The notes beneath the pieces were generated by a model. That model was not told where the DNA came from, did no database searches, and saw only the letters and a program-made list of their open reading frames with translations. A program made the position numbers and the translations under genes. 60,995 bases of DNA from positions 1-60,995 of the forward strand of contig CAZNWB010000008.1 of NCBI GenBank assembly GCA_964576535.1, read 5' to 3'. Numbering within the stretch: position 1 is the first letter of the stretch; each line of letters begins with the position of its first letter. Origin of the DNA: an uncultured bacterium (GTDB taxonomy: Bacteria; Methylomirabilota; Methylomirabilia; Methylomirabilales; 2-02-FULL-66-22). Positions 19,169 to 28,948 of the stretch are shown piece after piece.

Positions 19169-20609
19169 TGATACATCCGATGGGCTTGAGCTTCGCCACC
19201 ATCTTGGAGATGCCGGCGTTGTGACACACCGTCACCACGTCCTGGACATTCTTGTACGCCTCGGGCATCTCCTCCTTGAGCGAATCCCGACCCGTGGCCC
19301 GGACGTACACACCGTGCCGGTCCTCCAGCTCGCGCTCGATGGCCCGCCCCCTCGCGGCGCGGATGGCCGCGGTGCGGCTCATCACCCGCCCCGCGCCGTG
19401 GCAGGTGCTGCCGAACGTCTCCAGCATGGCTCCCTGCGTCCCCACGAGGACGAAGGATGCCCGGCCCATGTCGCCGGGAACCAGGACCGGCTGCCCGATG
19501 GTCCGGTAGCGCTCGGGAAGCTCGGGGTGGCCGGGCGGGAAAGCTCGCGTGGCCCCCTTGCGATGGACGACCACCTGCATCTTCTTGCCGTCCACCTCGT
19601 GGTCCTCGAGCTTGGCGATGTTGTGGGCCACATCGTAGACCAGCGACAGCCCGAGGTCCCGGGAAGACTTCTTGAAGACCTTCTGGAAGACCTCGCGCGC
19701 CCAGTGGGTCATGCATTGCCGGTTGGCCCACGCATAGTTGGCGGCGGCGCGCATGGCGCCCAGGTAGGCCGTGGCCTCCTCGGACCTCACGGGGGTGCAG
19801 GCCAGTTGGCGGTCCGGGAGCTGGATCCCGTACTTCTTCAACGCCCGCTCCATCGTGGCCAGGTAATCCGTGCAGACCTGGTGACCGAACCCCCGGGACC
19901 CGCTGTGGATGAGGACCGTCGCCTGATCGGGGAAGAGCCCCAGGACATTGGCCGCCTGCTCGTCGTAGATCTTCTCGACGATCTGGATCTCCAGGAAGTG
20001 ATTGCCCGAGCCCAGGGTTCCGAGCTGGTCGCGCCCGCGCTCGTACGCCTTGTGGCTCACGGCGTCCGGGTCCGCCCCGGCAATGCAGCCGGAGGCTTCG
20101 GCGGCCTCCAGGTCCTCGGGTTCGCCCAGCCCCCGCTCGACGGCCCAACGAGCCCCCTTCACCAGCGGCTGATGGGCATCCTCTCTGGTCAGCCGAACCT
20201 TGCCGTGGGACCCAACCCCCGCGGGAACCGCGGCAAAGAGGGCATTGACCAGATCCTTGAGGCGGGGCATGACCTCGGTCTTGGTGAGATCGGTCCGAAG
20301 CAGGCGGACGCCGCAATTGATGTCGTAGCCCACCCCTCCGGGAGTGATGACGCCGGATTCGGGGTCGGTGGCCACCACCGCCCCGATGGGAAGGCCATAC
20401 CCCTGATGGATGTCGGGCATGGCATACGCAGCCTTGATGATCCCTGGGAGCATGGCCGAGTTGGCCGCCTGCTCCAGGGACTGGTCGTGGCGGATCTGCT
20501 CCATGAGCTTCTCGTCAGCAAAGATGATCGCCGGGACGCGCATCCCGGGCTTGGCGTCCTGGGGAATCCGCCAACGATACTCGTCAATGCGCTCGATGGG
20601 CACCGACAT
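19161..20609 (-). CDS. rtcB: RNA ligase RtcB
   Basis: MPDIHQGYGLPIG, GVGYDINCG, GTLGSGNHFLE, HSGSRG, HRKGAT, STCHGAGR; ATG at 20609 follows GGAGGAGG. Confidence 0.96.
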   Translation of the reverse strand: MSVPIERIDEYRWRIPQDAKPGMRVPAIIFADEKLMEQIRHDQSLEQAANSAMLPGIIKAAYAMPDIHQGYGLPIGAVVATDPESGVITPGGVGYDINCGVRLLRTDLTKTEVMPRLKDLVNALFAAVPAGVGSHGKVRLTREDAHQPLVKGARWAVERGLGEPEDLEAAEASGCIAGADPDAVSHKAYERGRDQLGTLGSGNHFLEIQIVEKIYDEQAANVLGLFPDQATVLIHSGSRGFGHQVCTDYLATMERALKKYGIQLPDRQLACTPVRSEEATAYLGAMRAAANYAWANRQCMTHWAREVFQKVFKKSSRDLGLSLVYDVAHNIAKLEDHEVDGKKMQVVVHRKGATRAFPPGHPELPERYRTIGQPVLVPGDMGRASFVLVGTQGAMLETFGSTCHGAGRVMSRTAAIRAARGRAIERELEDRHGVYVRATGRDSLKEEMPEAYKNVQDVVTVCHNAGISKMVAKLKPIGCIKG

Positions 20610-20861
20610 TCGGGTCACCTCCTCCCATTCTCAGGTGGAGGATAGCACAGCGTACCCATGGGGACAACCGCGGAGCCCCTGGGATGCCCCAGGTCCCGAC
20701 GGGATCGCCGGCGCGCCAGCGCGAGCCTGGAGCCAATGCTATCGCCACTAAGCAATTGACGCGTGTCCGCGGCGATGGTACATACTCCTGCTTTCCCGGA
20801 AGGGAATGCCATTCCCTCATCCTGGTCCACAATGCTTCCCGACGATGAAAGGAGTCATGCC

Positions 20862-21734
20862 ATGAGACGGAGGCTGACTTGGATCCTTGCCGGCACGGTG
20901 GTTCTGCTCCTGATCCCGCTCCAGGCCCGGGCCGCACAGCCTCTCAGCGGGACGTTGAAGAAGATCAAGGACACTGGCAGCATGGTCATCGGCTATCGCG
21001 AGAATTCGCGACCCTTTTCCTTCCTGGGGCCCGACGGCAAGCCCACTGGCTATTCCGTTGATCTGTGTCAGCGGATCGCGACCGCCGTTCAGCAGGAGGT
21101 CGGCCTTCCCAACCTGGAGATCAAGTACGTCCCGGTCACGGTGGACACCCGCGTCCAGGCGGTTGCCAACGGGACCGTGGACCTGGAATGTGGCTCGACC
21201 ACCATCAGCATCTCCCGGCAGGAGCAGGTGGATTTCACCAACCCCACCTTCCTGGACGGCGGTGGTCTTCTCGTCCTGGCGGGTTCGGGTATCAAAGGGA
21301 TCGAAGACCTGGGCGGCAAGCGGGTGACGGTGATCCCTGGAACCACGACGGAACGCGCCCTGAAGGATGCAATCCAGCGGAGCTACCAGCTGGTCTCCAC
21401 CGGGACCGTGAAGGATCACAATGAGGGTCTCTCGGCCCTCGAAACCGGCCTGGCGGATGCCTACGCCTCTGACCGGACTATCCTGATCGGGCTCATCCTC
21501 AGCTCGAAGGACCCCAAGCGGCTGGCATTGGCCGAGAGCATGTTCTCCTACGAGCCGTACGGCTTCATGCTGCGCCGCGGCGATGCACCCTTCCGGCTGG
21601 TGGCGAATCGTACCCTGGCACGCCTGTACCGGACCGAGCAAATCTCGCTGATCTTTCAGAAATGGTTCGGGAGCCTCGGCCGGCCCACCGGCGGCTTGCT
21701 GGCCGTCTACCTGATTCACGGCATCCCGGAATAG
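20862..21734 (+). CDS. Amino acid ABC transporter substrate-binding protein (GltI-like)
   Basis: Signal peptide, IGYRE.SRPFSF, GYSVDLC, VDLECGSTT, EPYG.MLRRGD. Confidence 0.88.
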   Translation: MRRRLTWILAGTVVLLLIPLQARAAQPLSGTLKKIKDTGSMVIGYRENSRPFSFLGPDGKPTGYSVDLCQRIATAVQQEVGLPNLEIKYVPVTVDTRVQAVANGTVDLECGSTTISISRQEQVDFTNPTFLDGGGLLVLAGSGIKGIEDLGGKRVTVIPGTTTERALKDAIQRSYQLVSTGTVKDHNEGLSALETGLADAYASDRTILIGLILSSKDPKRLALAESMFSYEPYGFMLRRGDAPFRLVANRTLARLYRTEQISLIFQKWFGSLGRPTGGLLAVYLIHGIPE

Positions 21735-21817
21735 CCAGATCGTGACGGGAAGAGTGGGAGATCCACAAGTTCTCGGGTGTTGTGCCTCGTGCCCGGGACG
21801 ACGTCCGCCTTAAAGCC

Positions 21818-22900
21818 TCAGCCGATGGCGAGGACTTCGTAGCGGGTGTTGCGGCGGGCGGGGCGGAGGCCGGCGTCGCGGATGAGGCGCTCGATCTCGG
21901 GGAGCGGGAGCATGAAGACCGCCCCCTTGGCCGTCACGACATTCTCCTCGATCACCGTGCTCCCCATGTCGTTGACCCCGTACTGCAGGGCGATCTGGCC
22001 GATCTTGGGCCCCTGGGTGAGCCACGAGGCCTGGATGTTGGGGATGTTGTCCAGCATCAGGCGGGAGACGGCCACCGTCCGGAGGTAGTCGAGGCCGCTC
22101 GCGCGCTTGACGTTCGGCAGGTGCGTTCCCTCGGGCTGGAAGCTCCACGGGATGAAGGCGCGAAAGCCGCCGGTTTCGTCCTGCAGGTCGCGCACCTTGA
22201 TCAGGTGCTCGACCCGCTGCTCCACCGTCTCCACCGACCCGTACATCATGGTCACGGTCGAGGGAATGCCAAGCCGGTGGGCGGTGCGCATGAGGCTGAG
22301 CCAGGCGGCCGCGGAATCCTTGTAGGGGGCGATCCGCTCCCGCACCTCGTCCACCAGCATCTCCGCCCCCGCCCCCGGGATGGAATCCAGCCCGGCGGCC
22401 TTCAACCGCAGCAAGCAATCCCGCTCGCTCAGCTCGGAGATCTTGGCCAGGTAGATGATCTCGGCCGGTGACAGCCCGTGGATGTGGATCGGGAAGCGCG
22501 TCTTGATGGCGCGGAACAGCTCCTCGAAGTAGTCGGTCTTGAGCGCCGGGTTCAGGCCCCCCTGGATCAGGATCTCGGTTCCCCCCAGCGTCAGCAGTTC
22601 TTCGATCTTGCGGAAGATCTCCTCCCGCGGCAGGACGTAGCCTCCCTCAACACCGGGCAGCCGGTAGAAGCTACAGAACTTGCACTGCACCCAGCAGACA
22701 TTGGTGTAGTTGATGTTCCGGCCGATGACGTACGTGACGAGATCGTCCGGGTGCAGGCGCCGCCGGACCAGGTTCGCCCAGCCGGACAACTGGAGCGGGT
22801 TCGCCTCGCGGAACAGGTGCACGCCGTCGGCGAAGCTCAGGCGCTCTCCCCGCAGCACTTTCGCCTCGATTTCCCCGAGCCTGTCGCCGTTGCCACTCAT
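21818..22900 (-). CDS. mqnC: Cyclic dehypoxanthinyl futalosine synthase
   Basis: RNINYTNVCWVQCKFC radical SAM motif, LIQGGLNP, AFIPWSFQPEGT, NIQASW, EENVV. Confidence 0.88.
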   Translation of the reverse strand: MSGNGDRLGEIEAKVLRGERLSFADGVHLFREANPLQLSGWANLVRRRLHPDDLVTYVIGRNINYTNVCWVQCKFCSFYRLPGVEGGYVLPREEIFRKIEELLTLGGTEILIQGGLNPALKTDYFEELFRAIKTRFPIHIHGLSPAEIIYLAKISELSERDCLLRLKAAGLDSIPGAGAEMLVDEVRERIAPYKDSAAAWLSLMRTAHRLGIPSTVTMMYGSVETVEQRVEHLIKVRDLQDETGGFRAFIPWSFQPEGTHLPNVKRASGLDYLRTVAVSRLMLDNIPNIQASWLTQGPKIGQIALQYGVNDMGSTVIEENVVTAKGAVFMLPLPEIERLIRDAGLRPARRNTRYEVLAIG

Positions 22901-22922
22901 GAGCACTCGCTCTCGGGTGATC

Positions 22923-24059
22923 TCAGCCGACGGCTGACGGCTGGAGGCTGGACGCTTCCACGCGGTTGTACAGCGCGTCCCGCTCCACCGGCTCCCGCCC
23001 GGCCCCGGTGATAAGGTCCAGGAGTTCCGAGGTGCCCAGGACCTGGCGGTGCGAACCCGTCCCCAGGGCGTGGGTGATCTCGTAGTGATTCACGGTGCCG
23101 TCAATGTCGTCGGCACCGTACCAGAGGGCCATCTGCGCCACCGGCGGCGTGATCATGATCCAGAAGGCCTTGATGTGGGCGAAGTTGTCCAGGAGCAGCC
23201 GGGCGATGGCGATCTCCCGCAGGTTGGCGTAACCCGTGGTGACGGGCAGGTGGGCCAGCTCCGTCTGGCTGGGGTCGAAGGCCAGCGGGACGAAGCACAT
23301 GAATCCGCCGGTCTCAGCCTGCAGCTCGCGGATGTGCAGCAGGTGCCGGACCTTCTCCTCCTGGGTCTCGATGTGGCCGTAGAGAAGGGTCGCGTTGGAC
23401 GGGAGGCCGGCGGCGTGAACCGCCCGCGCCACTTCGAACCAGCCCTCATTGTCCAGCTTGGCCCGGAACAGCTCCTCGTGGACCCGGTCGCTGAACACCT
23501 CCGCCCCGCCCCCGGGACAGGCGGCCAGGCCGGCCGCCTTCAGCTCCGGCAGGATCTCCCCCAGGGGACGCCGGGCCACCCGGGTGATCTGGGCCAGCTC
23601 GATCATGGTGAAGGCCTTGATCTGGGCGTCGGGCCGGGCAGCCTTCACTGCCCTCACGAGGTCGAGATAATACTGGTAGGGAAGCTTGGGGTTGATGCCC
23701 GCAACCATGTGGATCTCCCGGATCGGCTCCCCGCTGTACTGGGACACCCGCGCGGCGGCCTCCTCGGGACTGAGAACGTAGCCCTTGCCATCGGTGCTGT
23801 TGGGGGGGGTATAGAAGGAGCAGAACTTGCAAAGCTTGTTGCAGATATTGGTGTAGTTGACGTGGAGGTTGCGGACGTAATAGGTGCGGGGACCGCTCTT
23901 GCCCTCCCGCACCAGGTTGGCGAGGTATCCCACCGCCGTTAGGTCGGGCGTTTCGTACAGGCGGATCCCGTCGTCGAAGTCCAGCCGCCGGCCCTCCTGC
24001 AGCTTCTCGTGGATCCTCTCCAGCCCCGCCCGGTGGAGCTGGTCCCGCATGGCCCTCAT
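22923..24059 (-). CDS. mqnE: Aminofutalosine synthase
   Basis: CNKLCKFC, IKAFT.IE, PGGGAEVF, SNATLLYGHIET, HIKAFW, GADDIDGTV. Confidence 0.88.
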   Translation of the reverse strand: MRAMRDQLHRAGLERIHEKLQEGRRLDFDDGIRLYETPDLTAVGYLANLVREGKSGPRTYYVRNLHVNYTNICNKLCKFCSFYTPPNSTDGKGYVLSPEEAAARVSQYSGEPIREIHMVAGINPKLPYQYYLDLVRAVKAARPDAQIKAFTMIELAQITRVARRPLGEILPELKAAGLAACPGGGAEVFSDRVHEELFRAKLDNEGWFEVARAVHAAGLPSNATLLYGHIETQEEKVRHLLHIRELQAETGGFMCFVPLAFDPSQTELAHLPVTTGYANLREIAIARLLLDNFAHIKAFWIMITPPVAQMALWYGADDIDGTVNHYEITHALGTGSHRQVLGTSELLDLITGAGREPVERDALYNRVEASSLQPSAVG

Positions 24060-24376
24060 CCCTTCCGCCTCTCGCAGCCCTGGGACGCCTGCTGCAACTC
24101 GTCAATCCGTTTCAGGACTCCCGCCGCCTGGGCCTCGTGGCGCTGGCGCAGGGCCTGGTGATCTTCCGGCGACAGCTTTCCGGACTTGAGATCGAAGTCC
24201 AGTTCCTGGATGGCAGCGTAGATCGTCTCCTTCTCCGCCAGCAGGTCCCGGAGGGCATCGGGGCCGTCGGGTTCCTTCCCCGTTCCCTCGGACGATCGGC
24301 CGGCCAGGAGAAAGAACGGGGCCGCGACGAACGCGACCACCACCACCGCGATCCCGAGGGAAATCACCACCGCCAT
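24056..24376 (-). CDS. CcmI-like N-terminal domain protein
   Basis: TM helix then KETIYAAIQELDFD..SGKLS.ED; directly after ccmH. Confidence 0.7.
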   Translation of the reverse strand: MAVVISLGIAVVVVAFVAAPFFLLAGRSSEGTGKEPDGPDALRDLLAEKETIYAAIQELDFDLKSGKLSPEDHQALRQRHEAQAAGVLKRIDELQQASQGCERRKG

Positions 24377-24394
24377 TCGCCCTCCACCTCAAAA

Positions 24395-24485
24395 CTGGCA
24401 GCTTTGCAATCCGGCAACTAGGCAATTTGGAGTTCCGGGCTCAGGGTGCCCCAATTGCCAAGTTGCCCGATCGCCTGATTGCCAA
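24395..24485. repeat. Inverted period-8 repeat (GGCAACTA / TTGCCAAG)
   Basis: tgcaatccggcaactaggcaatttgg ... ccaattgccaagttgcccgatcgcctgattgcc. Confidence 0.7.
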
Positions 24486-24490
24486 GGGAC

Positions 24491-25018
24491 TCAGGGGCCC
24501 GCCGAACCCCCCCGTTCCCGCAGGTCCCGGCGGACCCGCTCCGCGTACGCGGGATCCACGGCCGGCACTCCCACCTCCCGCCGCTCGGTCCAGCGCCGGG
24601 CCACGAGGTAGACGCCGCAGGCCCCCACGACTACCGCCAGAAATGGAAGAACCCAGACCAGGAGGTTAAACCCCCGCTTGGTCGGGGACAGCAGGACGAA
24701 CTCCCCGTACCGGCTGACGAAGTAGGCCAGGATCTCCTCCCGGCTCTTTCCCTGCTGGACCAGCTCCCGCACCAGGTTCCGCATTTCCTTGGCCAGGTCC
24801 GAGGGAGAATCCGCCACGGAGAGATTCTGGCAGACCACGCAGCGGAGCTCTGAGGCGATCTCGCGGACCTTGTCCTCCAGGTCCGGAGACGCAGTGGCCC
24901 CACCGGCCTCGCGGGCCGCCGAGACGATCCAGGAATTCAGCAGCACCAGCCCAAGGAGGCCGACGGCACAGCACCGCTTCCAACCGCCCCGGCGGGCTCC
25001 CACCACATGCATCCACAT
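24491..25018 (-). CDS. ccmH: Cytochrome c biogenesis protein CcmH
   Basis: LRCVVCQNLSVADS, RYGEFVLL.P. Confidence 0.93.
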   Translation of the reverse strand: MWMHVVGARRGGWKRCCAVGLLGLVLLNSWIVSAAREAGGATASPDLEDKVREIASELRCVVCQNLSVADSPSDLAKEMRNLVRELVQQGKSREEILAYFVSRYGEFVLLSPTKRGFNLLVWVLPFLAVVVGACGVYLVARRWTERREVGVPAVDPAYAERVRRDLRERGGSAGP

Positions 25019-25019
25019 C

Positions 25020-25544
25020 TCAGCTTCCCTTCAGGAGGGCCTGCACCTGCTCGTCCATGAGCGCAGGGGTCACGGCCCCCACATGCTTGTAGGTGATCCG
25101 CCCCTCGCGGTCAATGAAGAACGTCTCCGGGACGCCGTACACCCCGTAGTCGATGGAGATCTTGCTGCCCGGGTCGGGGCCGTTGGGGAAGGTGAAGTTG
25201 AAGCGACGCATGAACTCGCGGGCGTTGGCCTCCTTGTCCTGGATGTCCACGCCTACGAGCATCAGGCCCTGGGCCTTGTACTTGCGCCAGGTGGATTCCA
25301 GGAGCGGCGCCTCCTCGTAGCATGCGGGATAGCACCACGAGGCCCAGAAGTTCAGCACGACCGGCTTCCCCCGAAGCCCCTCCAAGGAAAGCTCTCCCCC
25401 GTCGAAGACGGTCATCCGGAAGCTGGGAGCGGCTTTCCGGATCAGCGGGGACGGGATCGCCTTGGGGTCGGTCCGAAAGCCATAGGCCAGCAGGAGGATC
25501 ACGGGCACGCTGGCGAGGGGAATCAGCGCCTTCTTCCAGGACAT
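25020..25544 (-). CDS. ccmG: Thiol-disulfide oxidoreductase CcmG/TlpA family
   Basis: GKPVVLNFWASWCYPAC, YGVYGVPETFFID. Confidence 0.9.
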   Translation of the reverse strand: MSWKKALIPLASVPVILLLAYGFRTDPKAIPSPLIRKAAPSFRMTVFDGGELSLEGLRGKPVVLNFWASWCYPACYEEAPLLESTWRKYKAQGLMLVGVDIQDKEANAREFMRRFNFTFPNGPDPGSKISIDYGVYGVPETFFIDREGRITYKHVGAVTPALMDEQVQALLKGS

Positions 25545-25554
25545 GAATGACTCC

Positions 25555-25666
25555 CGTGAGTCTATTGAGTCCCTTGAGTCTGCTCAGTTCCTGAGCGCGC
25601 CGAACTATGCAGCGACCCAAACCGCCGAGTTCCGTCGACGCAAGAACTCAACGGACTCAATGACTA
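25555..25666. repeat. Inverted period-9 repeat (TGAGTCTAT / GACTCAATG)
   Basis: tgagtctattgagtcccttgagtc ... gacgcaagaactcaacggactcaatgact. Confidence 0.65.
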
Positions 25667-25673
25667 TTCCAGC

Positions 25674-27665
25674 TCAGGCCGGCTGCTCCCGAGCCCGCAC
25701 GGTCAGCAGGGCCAGCCGCCGCTCGGGCAGCACCGCCACGATCACCCCCAGCAGGATCACGCCGCCTCCGATCCAGATCCAGGAGATCATGGGATTGATC
25801 ATCACCTTGATGGTGGCGGAGCTGCCGTCGCGCTCGAAGGTCGAGAGGATGACGTAGAGGTCCTCGTTCCAGTGGTAGCGGGCATCCACGCTGGCGAAGG
25901 GAGACTGCTGGTTCGGGTAGAACCGCTGGCCGGGCACGAGTTCGTGAAGGGGCTTGCCGTCCTTGAAGGCCATCAGATTGGCCCAGACCAGGATATGGGT
26001 CGGCCGCTCCCCCGCGGCAAGGCCATCGAAGCGGACGCTGTAGCGCCCGATGGCGAGGCTCTCCCCCGCTTTGAGGGTCTGCTCCCGCTCCACCTTGTAC
26101 ACGGAGGAGATCGCGATGCCGATGATGGCGATGACCACGCCCAGGTGGACGATGAGGCCCCCGTACCGCCGCCGGCTCTTGAGCAGCAGGGTGGCGAAGG
26201 CGGGGAGCAGTCCCTCCTCCATCGTCCGGGCCCGGGTTCGGGTGGCCACCCAGAATTCGAAGATGATGGTGCCGATGACGAAGAAGGCCAACAGGAACGC
26301 CAGCAGCACCTCGGCCTCCCGCACGCCGACGGCGTACAGGATCGCCGTGCCCACAACGGCGCCGACCCCGGGGGCAAGAAAATTCCGCCGGAGGTTGTTC
26401 AGCGAGGCCCGTCCCCAGGCGATGAGGGGGCCGACCCCCATGAGGAGCAGCAGGGCCATCCCCAGGGGGACACTGACCCGGTTGAAGTAGGGGGTGCCCA
26501 CGCTGATCTTGGCGCCCCGGACCGCCTCCGACAACAGCGGGAAGATCGTCCCCAGGAAGACGGTGAAGCAGATCCCCACCAGCACCACGTTGTTCAGCAG
26601 GAAGGCGCTCTCGCGGGAGACGATGGAATCCAGCTCGCCGCGGCCCTTGAGCCGGTCCGACCGGTAGGCGATGAGGCTGAAAGAAAAGAACAGGACCAAG
26701 GACAGAAACGCGAGGAACATGATCCCCACCGGGCCGTCGGCGAAGGCATGCACCGAGCCCAGGATGCCGCTCCGGGTGAGAAATGTCCCGAAGATCACCA
26801 GGGAGAAGGTCAGGGTGATCAGGATCAGGTTCCAGACCCGCAGCATCTGCTTCCGCTCCTGGATCATCACGGAGTGGATGAAGGCCGTGCCGATCAGCCA
26901 CGGCATGAAGGAGGCGTTTTCCACCGGATCCCAGGCCCAGTAGCCGCCCCACCCCAGCGTCCGGTACGACCACCAGCCCCCGTAGAATATCCCCCCGGTG
27001 AGGAAAAGCCAGGCCACCACGGTCCAGCGGCGCGTGATGCTCAGCCATTCCTCGGACAGCCGCCCGGTGATGAGGGCAGCCATGGCGAAGGCGAAGGGGA
27101 CCGTGAAGCCCACGTACCCCAGATACAGGAGCAGCGGGTGGATGAGCATATCGGTCACTTCCAGGAGGGGGTTCAACCCCCGGCCGTCAGGCGGAACCGG
27201 GAAGATGCGGGCGAAGGGGTTCACACCGAAGGCCATCAGGCACAGGAAGAAGACGGAGATCCCCTGCATGACGGCCACCACGTAGGGCATGAGGTGCCGG
27301 TACCCAGAGGGTCCCCGGTTGCTGTAGCGGGCGACCACCAGCGCGGCAAACAGGGACTGGAGCCACTCCCAGAGCAGGATCGAGCCCTCCAGCGATCCCC
27401 AGAGGGCGGCGATCTTGTACCGCGTGAGGCTGCCCCGGGTGCTGGTGTTGGCCACGTAGCGGAGACTGAAGTCGCTGGCGATCAGGGCGTACTCCAGGAG
27501 GAAGATGGCCAGCGTGACCAGGCAGAAATGGGCCAGCACGGCATTGCGCGAGCTGGCCAGCCAGTCCTCCCGCCCCTGGCGGGCGCCGATGACCGATGCC
27601 CCCGCCGCGTACACCGTCACGCCCACGGCCAGGAACAACACGAACCCACCGAGCGTGGATATCAT
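25674..27665 (-). CDS. ccmF: Heme lyase CcmF
   Basis: WGSLEGS, GRGLNPLL, LGWGGYWAWDPVENAS, TRSG..GSVHAFA; start MISTLGG. Confidence 0.96.
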   Translation of the reverse strand: MISTLGGFVLFLAVGVTVYAAGASVIGARQGREDWLASSRNAVLAHFCLVTLAIFLLEYALIASDFSLRYVANTSTRGSLTRYKIAALWGSLEGSILLWEWLQSLFAALVVARYSNRGPSGYRHLMPYVVAVMQGISVFFLCLMAFGVNPFARIFPVPPDGRGLNPLLEVTDMLIHPLLLYLGYVGFTVPFAFAMAALITGRLSEEWLSITRRWTVVAWLFLTGGIFYGGWWSYRTLGWGGYWAWDPVENASFMPWLIGTAFIHSVMIQERKQMLRVWNLILITLTFSLVIFGTFLTRSGILGSVHAFADGPVGIMFLAFLSLVLFFSFSLIAYRSDRLKGRGELDSIVSRESAFLLNNVVLVGICFTVFLGTIFPLLSEAVRGAKISVGTPYFNRVSVPLGMALLLLMGVGPLIAWGRASLNNLRRNFLAPGVGAVVGTAILYAVGVREAEVLLAFLLAFFVIGTIIFEFWVATRTRARTMEEGLLPAFATLLLKSRRRYGGLIVHLGVVIAIIGIAISSVYKVEREQTLKAGESLAIGRYSVRFDGLAAGERPTHILVWANLMAFKDGKPLHELVPGQRFYPNQQSPFASVDARYHWNEDLYVILSTFERDGSSATIKVMINPMISWIWIGGGVILLGVIVAVLPERRLALLTVRAREQPA

Positions 27666-28117
27666 TTCTTGGCCTCTTTCAGGATGGACTTGAACAGCTC
27701 CTTCTTCGCCTCCAGGGTCTCCGGATGCGTCGGCGGCTTGTACTCCTCGGAATGCTTGGCCATGATGTTGCTCGACCGGAAGTAGCCCTCCGGCGACCAC
27801 GAGCCCTCCACCACGGCGCCGGCGCCTTCCTTGAAGAGATCCGGGGCCGTTCCCGTGTGGCGGACGAAGACGGTGCCCTGGCCGTCGGTGAGCTGGAACG
27901 TGAGGAGCAGGTGCTGCGCGTCCCACCGGATGGAGCCATCCACCACCATGCCCCCGACCCGCAGCGCCTTGCCCTGGACCGATTCCCGCTTGGCCATAAT
28001 CTCGCTCGGCGTGTAGAAGTACACCATGGACTCCTTCACGCCGGAATAGATCAAGCCGACCAGGGCACCCAGCACGATCACCCCGGCCACGACGTACTTC
28101 AGCGTCTTTCCCTGCAT
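27662..28117 (-). CDS. ccmE: Heme chaperone CcmE
   Basis: YFYTPSE, RVGGMV..GS, PDLFKEG, AKHSEEY (HxxxY). Confidence 0.95.
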   Translation of the reverse strand: MQGKTLKYVVAGVIVLGALVGLIYSGVKESMVYFYTPSEIMAKRESVQGKALRVGGMVVDGSIRWDAQHLLLTFQLTDGQGTVFVRHTGTAPDLFKEGAGAVVEGSWSPEGYFRSSNIMAKHSEEYKPPTHPETLEAKKELFKSILKEAKK

Positions 28118-28260
28118 CACACCCTCCGGCCCCCGTCCCGCTCCAGCCCGGTCAGCTCTTCCCCGGCGTCCCGCAGTCGGCCCTTCAGGCGCAGGAAATA
28201 CCCGAGCAGCGCGACGAGCCCCACCCCGTAGGCCAAGCCGATGAATCCCCAACTACCCAC
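28117..28260 (-). CDS. ccmD: Heme exporter protein CcmD (47 aa, missing from the ORF track)
   Basis: Manual translation MGSWGFIGLAYGVGLVALLGYFLRLKGRLRDAGEELTGLERDGGRRV; overlaps the ccmC stop and ccmE start. Confidence 0.8.
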   Translation of the reverse strand: MGSWGFIGLAYGVGLVALLGYFLRLKGRLRDAGEELTGLERDGGRRV

Positions 28261-28948
28261 GCCGCCCTCGCTTCAGCCGCAGCTCGGCGCTACGATGGCG
28301 GATGCGTTCCAGCCGCACCCGCTCCAGCAGGAGATAACTGGACAGCAGCACCAGCCCCACAAAGTTTACCGCGAGCGGTACGAGCATGGCGGGGGCCACC
28401 GAGGGGCCGCCCGCCCGCAGGATCGAGGAAGGTTGATGCAGCGTCCGCCACCAGTACACCGCGAAGTGGTTGAGGGGGATGTCCAGGAAGCCGATGATGG
28501 CCAGCACCGCCCCGTAGCGGGCCCCCGCCTGCGGGTCCTCGGCAAAGGAACGGAGCATGAGGTATCCCGCGTAGATGGTGAACAGGATGGCCGTGAGGGT
28601 CAGGCGCGCGTCCCACGTCCACCAGACCCCCCAGGTCGGCTTCCCCCAGATGGTGCCTGTGGCCAGAGTGATCCCCGTGAAGATCACCCCGATCTCGGCT
28701 GAGGCGACCGCGACCGCATCGAAGCGCAGGTCGCGCTTCCACAGGTACAGAATGCTGGTGCAGAAGACCACGCTGAAGGCCAGGTACGCCGTCACGATGG
28801 AGGGCACGTGCAGGTACATGATCCGCTGGACGTCGCCCTGTACGGCATCGGGCGGCACCATCACGAGGCCCAGGTACAGGCCAACCGCCAGCAGCAGACC
28901 GGCCGCGGCCCCGAACGCCCGGGCCGTCAGAGACGGACGGACCATCAC
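28253..28948 (-). CDS. ccmC: Heme exporter CcmC
   Basis: RIMYLHVP, WGKPTWGVWWTWDARLT, WWRTLHQ. Confidence 0.96.
   Translation of the reverse strand: MMVRPSLTARAFGAAAGLLLAVGLYLGLVMVPPDAVQGDVQRIMYLHVPSIVTAYLAFSVVFCTSILYLWKRDLRFDAVAVASAEIGVIFTGITLATGTIWGKPTWGVWWTWDARLTLTAILFTIYAGYLMLRSFAEDPQAGARYGAVLAIIGFLDIPLNHFAVYWWRTLHQPSSILRAGGPSVAPAMLVPLAVNFVGLVLLSSYLLLERVRLERIRHRSAELRLKRGRRG

Noticed and set aside
25674-27926. Extended N-termini in the ORF track (ccmF, ccmA, ccmE, ahbAB, pilN, aldolase, gltX)
   Set aside because: They overlap neighbouring genes or repeats; downstream starts with an RBS or stop overlap fit the families better
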